In this document: one piece after another, positions 50,945 through 63,022 of the stretch
Position numbering within the stretch: position 1 is the stretch's first letter
How the letters are laid out: every line of letters begins with the position of its first letter
Assembly (NCBI GenBank): GCA_951406725.2
Contig: OX597837.1
Location: 17,174,001-17,238,000, forward strand
Origin: Octopus vulgaris
Taxonomy: Eukaryota
Direction: 5' to 3'
DNA length: 64,000 nt
Position numbers and translations under genes: made by a program
Notes under the pieces: generated by a model
The model's database searches: none
What the model saw: only the letters and a program-made list of their open reading frames with translations
What the model was told of the DNA's origin: nothing

Positions 50945-51760
50945 GCTGTTGTTGTTCTTTCAAGGCAGGTTGCTGGGTATTCATTGCTTAACCAATTGTT
51001 GTTTTGGTGTCATCTCTGTCCTGGTTATTGAGGTTTGCATCAAATATAAGACATTTGCTGTATACTTTAACTCTCTCTAGAAAATTATATCTTTAGTACC
51101 ATATGGGTCTAAATGGGTCCATCCTTAACTGATGTTTTAGAAATTCAGTTAAAGCTCCAGGTATTGCCTTCCCATCAGATTTAGCCTTTTTTCATAATTC
51201 CTTTGCAAATCTAAACCACTTTTTCAGATGCTCCATTAGATGTAAGTGAAAGGAATTATTTCCTAATGTTCTCTTTGTTAAATGTTCCATGCTTCTGACT
51301 TTGTACTAATTCTCAAATTCACTTGGTTTGAATTGGAGCCTGTTATTGCTTACAGTTGTTTTTGGTAAACCTAAAATTGTAAAATTTTTATCAGAATTTC
51401 ATTGAATTTATAAGCAATAATATGGATCCATTTCCACAAATATAGACCATTTACTGTATACCTCTTCTCTCTCTAGAAAATTATATCATTTGTACCATTT
51501 ACCAAATCTAAATAGATTTATTCCTAACTTTCTTTCATGCATACAACATCTGTCTAGTAGATTTCATCCCATTTCCATACAATTGTTATAGTTTTTTAAT
51601 CTTCTTTCAATGTCTTTATTGATTCCAGGCCAGCAAGTGTGTATTTTTGACATTTTATAGAATGTGAGCTTTGTACAAAAATTGCAATCTATCTCTTGCA
51701 GCAGCTACTGACCATTTTCTCTTCCTCTCACTCCCCATTCCCTTTCTAGGTGCAAGTAGT
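50945..51760 (-). mobile_element. Decayed Ty3/Gypsy integrase remnant
   Basis: Minus-strand WPGINKDIE......NNC, GLPKTTVSNN.LQF.PSEF (compare G.P..I.SDNG.QF.S.EF) and SNGASEK. Confidence 0.65.
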
Positions 51761-53539
51761 CATTCACATCCTCATCAAGCACTTACTCTGACCTCTCCTT
51801 TTATTGTTTAATCCCCTTGTCCCTTAGCATGAAGCTAATCCCTCACCTCCACCAGGGTCCATAGTACTGCAAATTGCATGGCAACCTCAGTAGTGCAGGA
51901 GGAATGATGATGAATTTAGCATCCAAAAGAAATTCTAATATTTACTTGTTTATTTGTAGAATTCTTTCTCACTTTCCTTTACTTGGTCAGAATCTGATTT
52001 GGTCGTGTGGTGTGTATGGATGAGGATATCTGCATAAAGAAGTGGAAACATAGGAAGACATTAGAGTGAAAGGAGGACCTCAACATACTGAGTCTCACAG
52101 AGCAGATGACAAAGGGACTGTTGAGGAGACTCATCCATCACAGTAAAAATGACCATCCGAAAATCACTCTTCTAACCCATCCTGCCCTGTCAAGCATTAC
52201 CTTACACCTCATTCCTCTAACACCCTGTCTCCTCATCACTCCAACTAAGCCATTATCCAGCAGCTGAAATCATTTGAGAGCAAAATCAGCACATATTTAT
52301 TTTGCACTGCCAGCTGTCTCATCTCCCTCTAGAACCTTTTTTCCCTTCCTCTCCTTTCCATCTTATTACCGTACATATCTACTGTTATTCTCAATACACT
52401 CTCATATCCACCATCATGCCACATTCACTATATACACCCTTATATTACCCTCTCCATTGCTCCTACACTTTGCATATCATCTCCCTACCTTATTTATCCT
52501 CCTTCCTGAGTCACTGTTATCTCTCTTACTCTCACCCCCCTCTCTACACTGATATTTCCCACCAACTGCATCTCTGCTCTTGCACATCATTCATTTCATC
52601 TTCTTTTATCCCCCTCTAACCATCCGTTACTTTCTCCTTATGAAATTACTCTCCCTTCACCACCTCCCCTTCATCAACTGACTCTTATCCTCCTACCTAC
52701 CTTGAGATTTGCTCTGTCTTTACAATCTTTCTTCTTTATTTTCATCTTCCCAATCCCTACTACTAACCCTTGTAATGTGGCTTAGACATGTATCTACTCT
52801 GTAGCATGACACCTGTTCTTGTCAATCAATTATTAGCTTCTCAGCACTTGACCTAAAGTTACCCTCTCTCCCTAATACTCCCCCTCACAGACACACTTAG
52901 TCATGGGGAGCTTTTCTCTTTCTTGTTCTTTTCTATCTTGCAACTTACTTGGTGACCTCACTAGTACTGGTGATATGAAAAAAGCACCCAGTACACATTG
53001 TAAAGTGGTTGGCATTAGGAAGGGCATGTAACTGTAGAACACATGTCAAAACTGACAGTGACATTTGGTGTGGCCCTGCAGCTTGCTGGATCCTGTCAAA
53101 CATCCAACTCATTCCAACATGGAAAATAGATGTTAACTGACAATAATAATGATTTAACCCCACAACTTTCTTTTCAGAACAATAATGGAGTCATGTGCAC
53201 TTCAAAACTTCTAACCCAGTCTCTCTACCTGTCACTGTAGAACTTTCTTTTGTGATACTCAATCTTAATTGAGTGTTTTTTCTTGATCTGTAACTGAAAT
53301 TTTGCAAACTTATTTTACTGAAATTAGTGGGTACCTGTGACCAAAAAGAATTTCAATTCAGGCTGACCTATATTTGACCAGTTGCTGCATCTAGATATGG
53401 ACATAGCTACTCCAGTATTACATGTGACAAGAAAGAGGAAGAGATAAAAATAACTGGAAATTTTTTTATAGACAATCTACAAGCTCTCTAACTGTTTGTA
53501 AAGTTCCAACCATATGGAAGGTGACATGGTGGTGAAATA

Positions 53540-55050
53540 GCACTGTAAATAAAACTATTAAAGCTAAAAGACAACCCCTAGACAGGCAGGAAGAATAATG
53601 GCAGCACCATCAAGTAGCAAAACATCAGATATACTTAGCAAAGGAAGAACTGAATGTTTGAGGTTTCCACATATTCTCTATCATGACAATCAGAAGCATG
53701 GAGTAGTCTAGGTTGCAAAAGAAAGTAGGCATTGAGGTAAATATGTTCAGAATGATAATGGTACATTTGCTTTTACTGCTGCTAAAATAGAAGATGCATG
53801 GAAGTGCTATTATAGGAGGTTGAACGAGGAGAATACATATGAGAGAGAAAGCTTACCACATGTAGATCCAATAGAGGCATCATTCATTTAAGTTGAAAGC
53901 AGCACTCACACAAGTGAAATGAATATATAAATGGGAGTTATGTTCTCTAAGAACAAAAGTCACATGTTAGTCATTCACATAATCAAGGAGGTGTCAGTGA
54001 ATGGCAAAACAGTATTACTGTCAACTGCTACTAGGGCAAAGGAAATGCACTAGAATGAGGTAATTACAGAAAGATCAAATTGATGAACCATTTTTACTAA
54101 AAGAGTTATAGAACAAACTGATCAGGAACAGAATTAACTTGGATGAGTTGCAAATCAGCCTTATGGTAAAAAGAGATGCCATTGATCCACTTTTCATAAG
54201 ATAGTTGTAAAAGTTGTACTTTAGTAGGTGCAAACCTTCATATCTGGCATTTGTCAACCTAAAGCAAGCATTTACCAGGGTTTCCCCATTCTACATATAG
54301 TTCAATGGCTAATAATGGAATCTTGAGTTGATGAATGGCTTGAGAGAGCTATTGAAAACATGTACAGAGATGTAGGTAAGGGGCTGTCAGTGCACAGTTT
54401 TCGACTCTCTTTTACTATTCCAAGTCAAAGCAGAGGAATTTAATTAAGACTAGCTACCCATGGGAAATTTTATATACTGAATCTGTTGAAGGTTTAGCAA
54501 CAACATTGCAGACCTAGATGCAAAACCTAAAATTAAGAGGCCTCAACGTAAATTTAGCAAGTTAGAAATGAAGTGTTACCCTGTTACCGTGAGGAAAATG
54601 ACCATGCTCAGTATCCAGAAAAAGAGCAATTAGAAATTTTGTATGGTGTACCAGGTGTAAACTGTGGATGCACAGGAGGGATACCAGTGAACAGATGCAC
54701 AGAATTATTTAATAGAATATACACTATAAATTTGCTCTGATGCTTGGAAGGAACATGCCAATGTTAATCAGGTTGCAGAAGCTATCTAAATTAACATTGT
54801 AGATGATTGGCCTGAAAATTCTGAAAGAAATGGTTCTTTCTCAGGTACATTTAATGATGTCTGTGTATGCTCTAAGGTATTAAAATGTGTACCCTGAATG
54901 CAGATGATTTGTAAAGACTTGAAAGAAATGAAGCAAGCATTCTCCATTGAATGTGTAATATTAGCATGCATGAATAACAAGGTACAGTTGAGCTGAGAAA
55001 AAAGCTGGAATTAAGATTTACATGTAATGTACAAAAGAGAGAACTTACAT
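53540..55050 (+). mobile_element. Highly decayed RTE-clade LINE
   Basis: WQNSITVNCY*GKGNALE*GNYRKIKL and VNLKQAF fragments. Confidence 0.7.
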
Positions 55051-55378
55051 AAACAAAGCAATATATAAATGAAGTTTATTTGCACACATTTTGACTCATA
55101 TTTCCAAAGTCAAAATGTGTGTGGTTCATTAAGTAGATATTTACTTCAATAAGTAATTTCAATTCAATCACTAAAAAGAAGTTCAAAATTGTTCCTCTGG
55201 CAATGAGAATATAAATTCAAATGATCTACTTTTTTCTCATCACTCAAAGTTAATCAAGGCAGAAAGAGGTTGATGTTTTGTTGTTTGCTTTTCAATAAGC
55301 AGAATATTTGCATCAAAGACTTATTAGTTTTTAGTAATTATTTATTGGTGTAACAATTTATGGCAATATTTAATATTT

Positions 55379-55853
55379 GGATAGAATTTTGCTTTAAGCA
55401 CCCCATATAACTCCTCATAACTTTTTAACTTTTTGGAATTTTCAGAAAATTTTTGCAAATTTGTATTCTACCCATGGGTATTCATACGAATATGAAAAAA
55501 AATTTTTTTTTCTTTTTAATTTTACAAATTTTTTGTTAAAAACCTAATCTAAAATATGGACAATCCAAATTTTTTGCTTCATCCCATTAATTGATTATTG
55601 TGTTTATTGGAGAGAAAGATATTGAAAAATGTCAGATTGACAAACAAATGAGGGTATCAGGTGGTCATGAGATGTGCTAAAAATAAAAGCTAAATAGCTC
55701 TTAAATCACACAAAAAAGTTTTGTTTTTTTTTACTTTTGCATAATTGTGTGAATTCCCATGTGTAGAACACAAATTCACTAAAAGTTTTTGAAAATTCCC
55801 CTAAAATAAAAGCTATGAGGCATTATATGGGGTGCTTAAAGCAGAATTTGGCC
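55379..55853. mobile_element. MITE with long TIRs, superfamily unassigned
   Basis: gaattttgctttaagcaccccatataa...cctcata vs tatgagg..ttatatggggtgcttaaagcagaattt; similarity extends about 75 bp. Confidence 0.75.
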
Positions 55854-56274
55854 AATACATGTAGTAAAAGTTGGATGCAGTTCTTTTTCTGGCATTTTAT
55901 ATTCTGTATTCAAATCCTGTCAAAAGCACTTTGATTATTCTCCTTTGGCAAGTAATGTGTGCATGTATGTGTGTATAATATTGACTAACACCCTCTTCTC
56001 AAAAATTGCTAGACTTGTGCCTAAATAAGAAACAATCATTATACACACATGTTCTTTACCTTATTTTAGTTAAGGAACTATAGACATGCTGGGGCACTGC
56101 CATAAAGAGTTTAGTTGAACAACTTGACCCCAGTAATTATTTTAAGTCTGGTTCTTAATCCCCTTTTGCTAAATTGCTAAGTTAAGAAGACATAAATAAG
56201 CCAAAGCTAGCTGACCAACATAAAGAAGCATACACGTATTTTATATGTATGTATGCATATATATATATATCAAA

Positions 56275-57050
56275 CAAAGAGAACGAGTACTCAGCATTGC
56301 ATTGGTGGATAAAGATTATTTGTGTATTAAGGCTACCATTGCTTTCATGTTAAAAAAATATCTCAACAGTTCTTCAAGCCAATCACATAGAAAAATTGAT
56401 GTTCATCTCCATTTTGGATTAAAACTCGGGAATTTTTGGTAAATTTTTTGATGTTATCTTTTGATTGGATGATGTTTAGCTTTTCAGTAATGCAAAGTTC
56501 ACATTTGGTACCCTGTTCCCTATATTTTCTGGCTTCAGTAATAATGTTCCACGTTATCTGGGGGTTACTTACTCCTTTTTTCAATGTCCACATCATATTG
56601 AATAAAGATGCCATGTGTCCTTTTCTTTTTTGGTCCCTGAATGATGCCAGATGCTGTGCGTGTCTTTTCTTGAATGAGTTGCCTGTCATTCTGATATATG
56701 TCTTTCTTACTCCATTGGAGTCTGTGATTTTGGTCTTGTATAAAGTTCTTTTTCCAGACAGCTATTATTATATTGCTTATGCATGTAAGGAGAGAATATT
56801 TCATCCCTAATGTTTAAAGATGTTATCTTTTGATTGGATGATGTTCTTACATTTAATTAGTTAAATATTTTGCATAATTTTTTTCTTATCCATATCATGT
56901 CCATTTTTATTGTATACTACTCCTAGGCCATCGTCCCTATATTATACTAGGTTGGCTTCTTTTATTTCTTTCCTAAGGATATCTAGGATATAGAAGCCAA
57001 CAAAATCAATTATCTCTACCATCATACTCCCCATTGCAACATCAAATAGC
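56275..57050 (-). mobile_element. Penelope-like element 3' remnant (GIY-YIG)
   Basis: YI.MTGNSFKKRHAQHLASFR...W.LK...ITWNII..A.KY.....CELCITEK..II; degenerate hammerhead at 56331-56380. Confidence 0.8.
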
Positions 57051-59699
57051 TCATTCCCAGTCATTTTTTACCCAGTAGGAATTATCATACAAAAATTAAT
57101 GACTTCCCTGTGATCATAATTATATCTATATCAGTTTTGTTATGGTAATACATGCCTTTTGCAGCGAGTTTTTGGAGATCAAGGTGTAAAGCTCCCCGCC
57201 GATCGACTGGCCGCACTCATGCTCGATACCGAGAACTCACTGCTTCGTGCCTCGTCGATAACACATGGACACACACACTCGTGGTCTTCGTTGATAATGT
57301 CGTATACTACTCAGACTTACTCCCTGCATTCGTATATGTATATATATATATATACATAGTCAATAAAGAAACAAACAAAAAGCAGGAAAAAAACAAATGT
57401 GAGGATGTGCACAAGAAATATATTAATTTGTCGCTCACTGAAGGGAAACAGTTGGACAGTTGTTAATATTTTAAGCATTTTTCTTTGTCGGGAACAGGAA
57501 AGTCCAAAGGAAAAATTGCCAACAGCCCACGTACGTTTACATTTCTGAAATGACCAGCGGTGGAAGGAGAAAGAGAAAGTAGTTTCTGGGACAGGAGAGT
57601 GAAGATTGTGTGTGTGTGGGGGGATGGCAGTAAATGCAAGTGTGTGGTAGTAACTGTGTGTGCGTGATAGGATTTGTGTGCATGTATATGTTGTTGCTCT
57701 GCGAGGTTAATAATAAGTCAGCAACTATAGGGAAAGGTGTGTGAATGGGTAAGTGTGTGTTTGCATGCAAGCATAGATGGAGTCGTCAATAGTGAGTGAG
57801 CGGCAGTCTGAAAAGTGTGTGAATGGATGGGTATGACTGCATATGTGTACATAGACAGAGTGAGAATGTGTGTGTGTGTGTGTTTCTGTTTGTATGGGTG
57901 TACATGTTTTTGTTGTTTTTGGCCCATCAAAACCATGGGAGAAGCCTTTTCAGTAAAAAAAAATTAAGAAAATATTCAAAAAATATCGTTAATATTTTTA
58001 TTATTCATCGATTTAAGAGATATGGCTGTTATTTCTAGCACATGTCTCGTTTGTTTATCAATATCGATGACCGAGGCAGACAGAAGAGAGAAGGATGAAT
58101 AACACGAGTGTGTGTGGTGTGCGCGCTGTTTACGTTGTAACAGGATGTCTGAGTTTTTAGACGCAGCAAATGATTTGAGCTCAAATGCTGGCAATTCATT
58201 GGTTAAGATTCGAAGAATTAAACTACGTTAACTTACAAATTTATCAAAAAAGCCAAGTGAAAATAATGTTTTCTTTTGACACATTCTACCAGTATACGAA
58301 GTTTCAAATTGTTTAGTTAACTAGAAATTGTGTTGAATTACGTCCATCAAAAGGAAAAGATCCAGATTATATAACAAATTATGCTTTACATTTCTATATT
58401 TAACTGTGCGTGTATATTCCTTATTTTTGCTTCTGGTGTCTTTTACCTTTCTATTACCTGGGAATTTACATAAAAGGAGAAAAAATCGTATGCAACAGAT
58501 AAGTCATCTTAATAACATATTTTTGTGTAGCAGCTGTTATTTTTAGCGTAACAAGTTTTCTGGTGAGGGTTTCATTTGCCTTCATTGTTTGTTTGTTGCT
58601 TCAGTAGAAATCTACGGATGCACAAACGCACAAAACGGAGAAAAGAAAGAAATGTGGATGACTTGTTCTGAGCCCCCCCCCCCCCACCGAGTGGGGAATA
58701 GTTTTCAAAAATAACCCCCAATTGTTTCCCCCACCAAAATTCCTACATCCTCGGAATTTACATAGTCCAAAGTATATTTGTAGAGAATTTCATTAAAAAA
58801 TATTCGTTTTTTTAAAGTTAAGACGAATTGGACTCCAGTGAATTTTCTGAAATTCTCCCCACCTAAAACGCTTACCCCCCCCCCCACATGTATATTCAGA
58901 ATCTACATGATATAACACATATTCATAGATATTTTTATGAAAAAATATCCATTTTTATGAAAGTTATGATCATCCAAAGTGGTGGAAGCAGAAATGTGTA
59001 GTTATGCTGATCAATTTGACACTTTCCTTCTAGGTATGGTTATATATGTTTACAGAAATACATAAATGCGGAAGATAGTAAATGAAAATAACTTGGTAAC
59101 GGAAATTATGTTTCTTATGTGACAGGGAGAAAGTAAATAAGAAATTTTAACGGAAAATAAAGTACTGTACAGGTTGAAGCGAAATTTGCCTCTTAGTGAA
59201 CTAAAGAGCCAGTATCAAAGGAACTAGAAAGAAACCGTCAACAACAGAAAAACACATAACCGTACGGATTGAAATGAAATTTATTCAGATACTTCTTTCA
59301 GTAAATTAGAGTAATAGGTAGAACTAGATACAGATCTAAGTAGAACTAGATACAAGTTCAACCTCGTTCGGGCGTCCTCGTGTATAGTTCTGCAATTTAT
59401 ATTTGTATTGGCGGTCACATTGAAGATCTACGGACAAATTGCGTAAGTAAAATTACGTAATCTGTTAATAGTGAAACATGTATGTGAATAATCTATATTT
59501 TTATTACTTTTCATTTATCTTGCTCGCTTACGTTCTGGTGTTTGCTAAATTTTTCTTGAGAACATTTCTTAGTGGTAAGACCATAGCGGATCTAGTTCTA
59601 GCATAAGGGTTGTCCACATAGTAGCCATCCCTCTCATATGTGTGTGTATATATATATATATATATAAGCATATATACATATGTATATAAGTATTATATA

Positions 59700-60306
59700 T
59701 CTATATATATAAAACTGTAGTTGTGTGAGTGTCTGTCCCCTTCGATTTAGATTCCTAACTACTCCCACATTTTGCGGTGCAGTTTAACCAAATTCGGGTA
59801 TCTTATAGTCGTGATTCATATCGAGCCCGTCTGGCTATTAGCGCGCGTCTACGATTTTAAAAATAATTTAACATCATTTTTTATTCCATTTTAATTTTTC
59901 GTGTGTCGATGGCGGCGGAGTTGGCGTCCACGCTCACACCTGCACCTGTGGGGAAGGGAGTGTAAGGAAATCAACGTCGTAATGCGTTGTCAAGGAGACC
60001 AGCGTTCTTTTAGAAGAACGACTTCATGGCTTGAAGACACCAAAACAGAAATGGCTAAGAAAGCGTCTACATGAGTCTACGATTTAAAAAAAAATTTACC
60101 ATCATTTTTTCCATTTTAATGCATTTTTTCGCTATTATATAAGGGAAGTAACTCTCTAAAAATGTCTACGATGAGTCAACGATTTAAAAAAAAAATTACC
60201 ATCATTTTTTATTCCATTTTTAATGCATTTTTTTGCTGTAACTCTCTAAAAATGCTTATATAGTTATTTCCCTTACAAACCCGAGCAACGCCGGGCGATA
60301 CTGCTA

Positions 60307-60307
<1 letters not shown>
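59700..60307 (+). mobile_element. Non-autonomous Helitron-like element, same family as 28824-29207
   Basis: A|TC start, shared body cgatttagattcctaactactcccacattttgcgg, same hairpin and CTAG|T. Confidence 0.88.
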
Positions 60308-60348
<41 letters not shown>

Positions 60349-60350
<2 letters not shown>

Positions 60351-60725
60351 CGGGAAGCTTTATGAAAATAGACAAAAGACGAAGGCAGGTGGAAAACAAA
60401 CGAACAATTGTATTAGTATGGCGCTCAGGAAATATAAATAAAACAAGTCTTTAACGTTTCGAGCCTACGCTCTTCAACAGAAAGATACACAGAGAGAAAA
60501 AAAACACAGAAAGAAGGAGAGAAAAAAAATGCGTGCAATAACTAACGAATCAACATGGCGATCTGATTTCGGCCAGAGATCAAAGATCAAACATGAGACG
60601 CGAGAGCGAAATAAGGGGAGATAATAGGGTTGATAATAGGGTTGAAGGACCAGCTATTAGTGCGTAGGAGGGGTCTGGACGTGTGTATGTATAGGGTTGG
60701 TGTATGTATTAGTATGTATAAGGGT
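60349..60725 (-). mobile_element. Non-coding PLE-like terminal-repeat element with a minimal hammerhead variant
   Basis: Minus strand 60485-60448: tcttt CTGTTGA a gagc-gtag-gctc GAAAC GTT aaaga. Related copies at about 11910-12050, 42520-42800, 47170-47350 and 57360-57600. Confidence 0.65.
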
Positions 60726-60748
60726 GTGTGTGTGTGTGTATGAGAGAG

Positions 60749-60781
<33 letters not shown>

Positions 60782-61404
60782 ATGTATATAAGCATATATA
60801 CATATGTATATAAGTATTATATATATAAATATACATATATATATATACACACACATACATATAAATATATAAACATATATATATATATACAAATATATAA
60901 ACATATATATGTATATGGATATATATATATAGCAGTATTGCCCGGCTTTGTAAAATGGTCACATTTAATGCAAAGCGTTAAAAATGTTATGAAAACAATT
61001 GGTATGTGTTCACAAAGTCCAAACGATTAATACGAAAAAACCGTCCAGACTACATCCTGAAAATTCATTTCTTTGCCGAATTTCTACAATGTTTACGGCG
61101 ATTCGTTTTTATATCTTGATTTTTTATTTTTCATGCAATTTACGCATGCTTGCACGCGTGGTGAACACAGTTCACGTCAAACAGCTGACTGAGTAAAGTT
61201 CACTATTCAATGCATGGGATAAGGCCTAAACAAACACATTATCGTTTTTTGCACTTGCGAGATGAATTTCGGAACAGAAATAGCGCAGTTCAATTTTCAT
61301 TCGCCTAAACTTTAAGTGACCCATTTTTGGTGGTTCTACGATTTGTTGGCAAGGAGATGTGCCGGGAAGTTAAACACATACACACACACACAGATACACA
61401 CACC

Positions 61405-61458
<54 letters not shown>

Positions 61459-61459
61459 A

Positions 61460-62468
61460 GAAGAAAATGGATGTAATAACAATGGGAAACTCATGGTTTA
61501 CGATGGCATGTCTTTAATTAAATAGGTAACAAAGAAGTAAAAAGCAGAGATGAGGGAGGCATTTACGATCGTTTCGATTTACTGGAGTAAGTAAATCTCT
61601 TCAGAATGCGAGTATAGATAGATGCATCGGTTAGGATGCGAAAACGACGGATATATATGATGGATAAACGATGGATATATACGATGGATAAACAAATTCT
61701 TACATTGAAATTTTGTTTTTGCACTGGTTAATTCGTTGGTTAGAGGTTTACATGTGGTAGATTGGTTAGTTTCGTTGGGTAATTAGGGCGGGGTAAGTAT
61801 TATATAGGTGTGGGCTACCTCGTTTAATTAAGCACAATTTTTTGTCGCGTGTTCATTTCGTATTATAGATTTTGACACCGGCGGTGTAAGTGAAGGGAGG
61901 TAACTGTAACAAGGTGAAACGGGAGCTAACTCTTACGAAATATTGGGTGGTTCGAAAATGTGCTGCGTCTAATAATTGTTTTATTACTAGAGTTTAGAAA
62001 TTTCATAATGCTAGGCGGAGCCCTAAACTTTTGCAAGGTGTATTATTATGAAATGTTTAGGGCGAGTGAGTATGCAGCGTGACTATTCGTGTGTTTGATG
62101 TGTTACTCTGTTAATTAGACTTATATAGATGAGTATTCTAGATTGGGATTATGAAGGCATAGGCGGCTGCATAAGGACAATACAGGCTATTCTGCCGGTA
62201 TTTCGAAAACACATACTGGCCCACGAGGAGACAAAAATTTGTGTTCTCAAATTTCCTGTTGAGAAATTTTATCTAGCCGTAAGTATAGCTAGGCGTTCTG
62301 ATAGGTAGAGATCGCAGCGTCTACTTGCGGTGTTGTAGGAAGTTTTTGTGAGTATACGCCAGTTCAAGCTAAAATCTATTTTTTTATCCTTAAGTTCCCA
62401 TATGTATGCACTAAGTCCTGTTGTGTTTGCCTTATTCCTATTTCTGAAGCTAGATAGATGCGATAGGT
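61460..62468 (-). mobile_element. Penelope-like element 3' end (GIY-YIG tail plus UTR)
   Basis: Minus-strand HLSSFRNRNKANTTGLSAYIWELKDKKIDFSLNWRIL...RCDLYLSERLAI. Confidence 0.8.
61559..61609 (-). ncRNA. Canonical minimal type I hammerhead ribozyme
   Basis: gcatt CTGAAGA gatttact-tactcc-agtaaatc GAAAC gatc GTA aatgc: complete core, 5-bp stem I, 8-bp stem II, palindromic stem III and GUA cleavage triplet. Confidence 0.88.
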
Positions 62469-62523
62469 GTGTGTATATATATATTTATATACATGTATGT
62501 ATATATACATATATATATGTGTG

Positions 62524-62554
<31 letters not shown>

Positions 62555-62569
62555 ATTTATATAGATGTA

Positions 62570-62990
62570 TATAAAAGCCAGGATAACGCAAGTAAGACTC
62601 AAAAGAGATCTAGGGGAAAATGTAGCGATCGAGAAGGTGAATGACAATGACCTTTTCGTATGCACAATCTATGACAGACCATGCCTGTCTTTAGCTGGCT
62701 TCAAATCTCATCTGCGAACACATGGAAAACGAACCTCTACCAACTATTCTGACTATTTCTGTGCACACCTTTGAATGCAATGTATGCCAGAAGGTTTGCA
62801 AATCCAACAGAGGCCTCAGCAAAGAGAAGAACTTATCTGCAGGTATTGGTGCTCCAAATCGGAGGTGCAATCTATGTGGGTGTCTTTTCAGAACATTGTC
62901 TGGTTTAAAAAGCCACATCAGACACCATGATGGTGTTGAGATCTAGGTACAGGAGGTGGTCAAACTCTGTATAAGGAATAGACAACCACC
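62570..62990 (+). mobile_element. Probable RTE-clade LINE 3' end with C2H2 zinc-finger remnants
   Basis: FVCTIYDRPCLSLAGFKSHLRTH, FECNVCQKVCKSNRGL, CNLCGCLFRTLSGLKSHIRHH*; frameshifted, flanked by microsatellites, no splice context. Confidence 0.55.

Positions 62991-63019
<29 letters not shown>

Positions 63020-63022
<3 letters not shown>

Noticed and set aside
57152-57335. CpG-rich stretch as an exon of a neighbouring gene
   Set aside because: No recognisable protein motif or convincing splice pair; origin unresolved.
59319-59600. Possible promoter or first exon (CpGs, gc|gtaagt) with repeated tagaactagat motifs in both orientations
   Set aside because: Equally explained by a small repeat element; no downstream exon found in the window.
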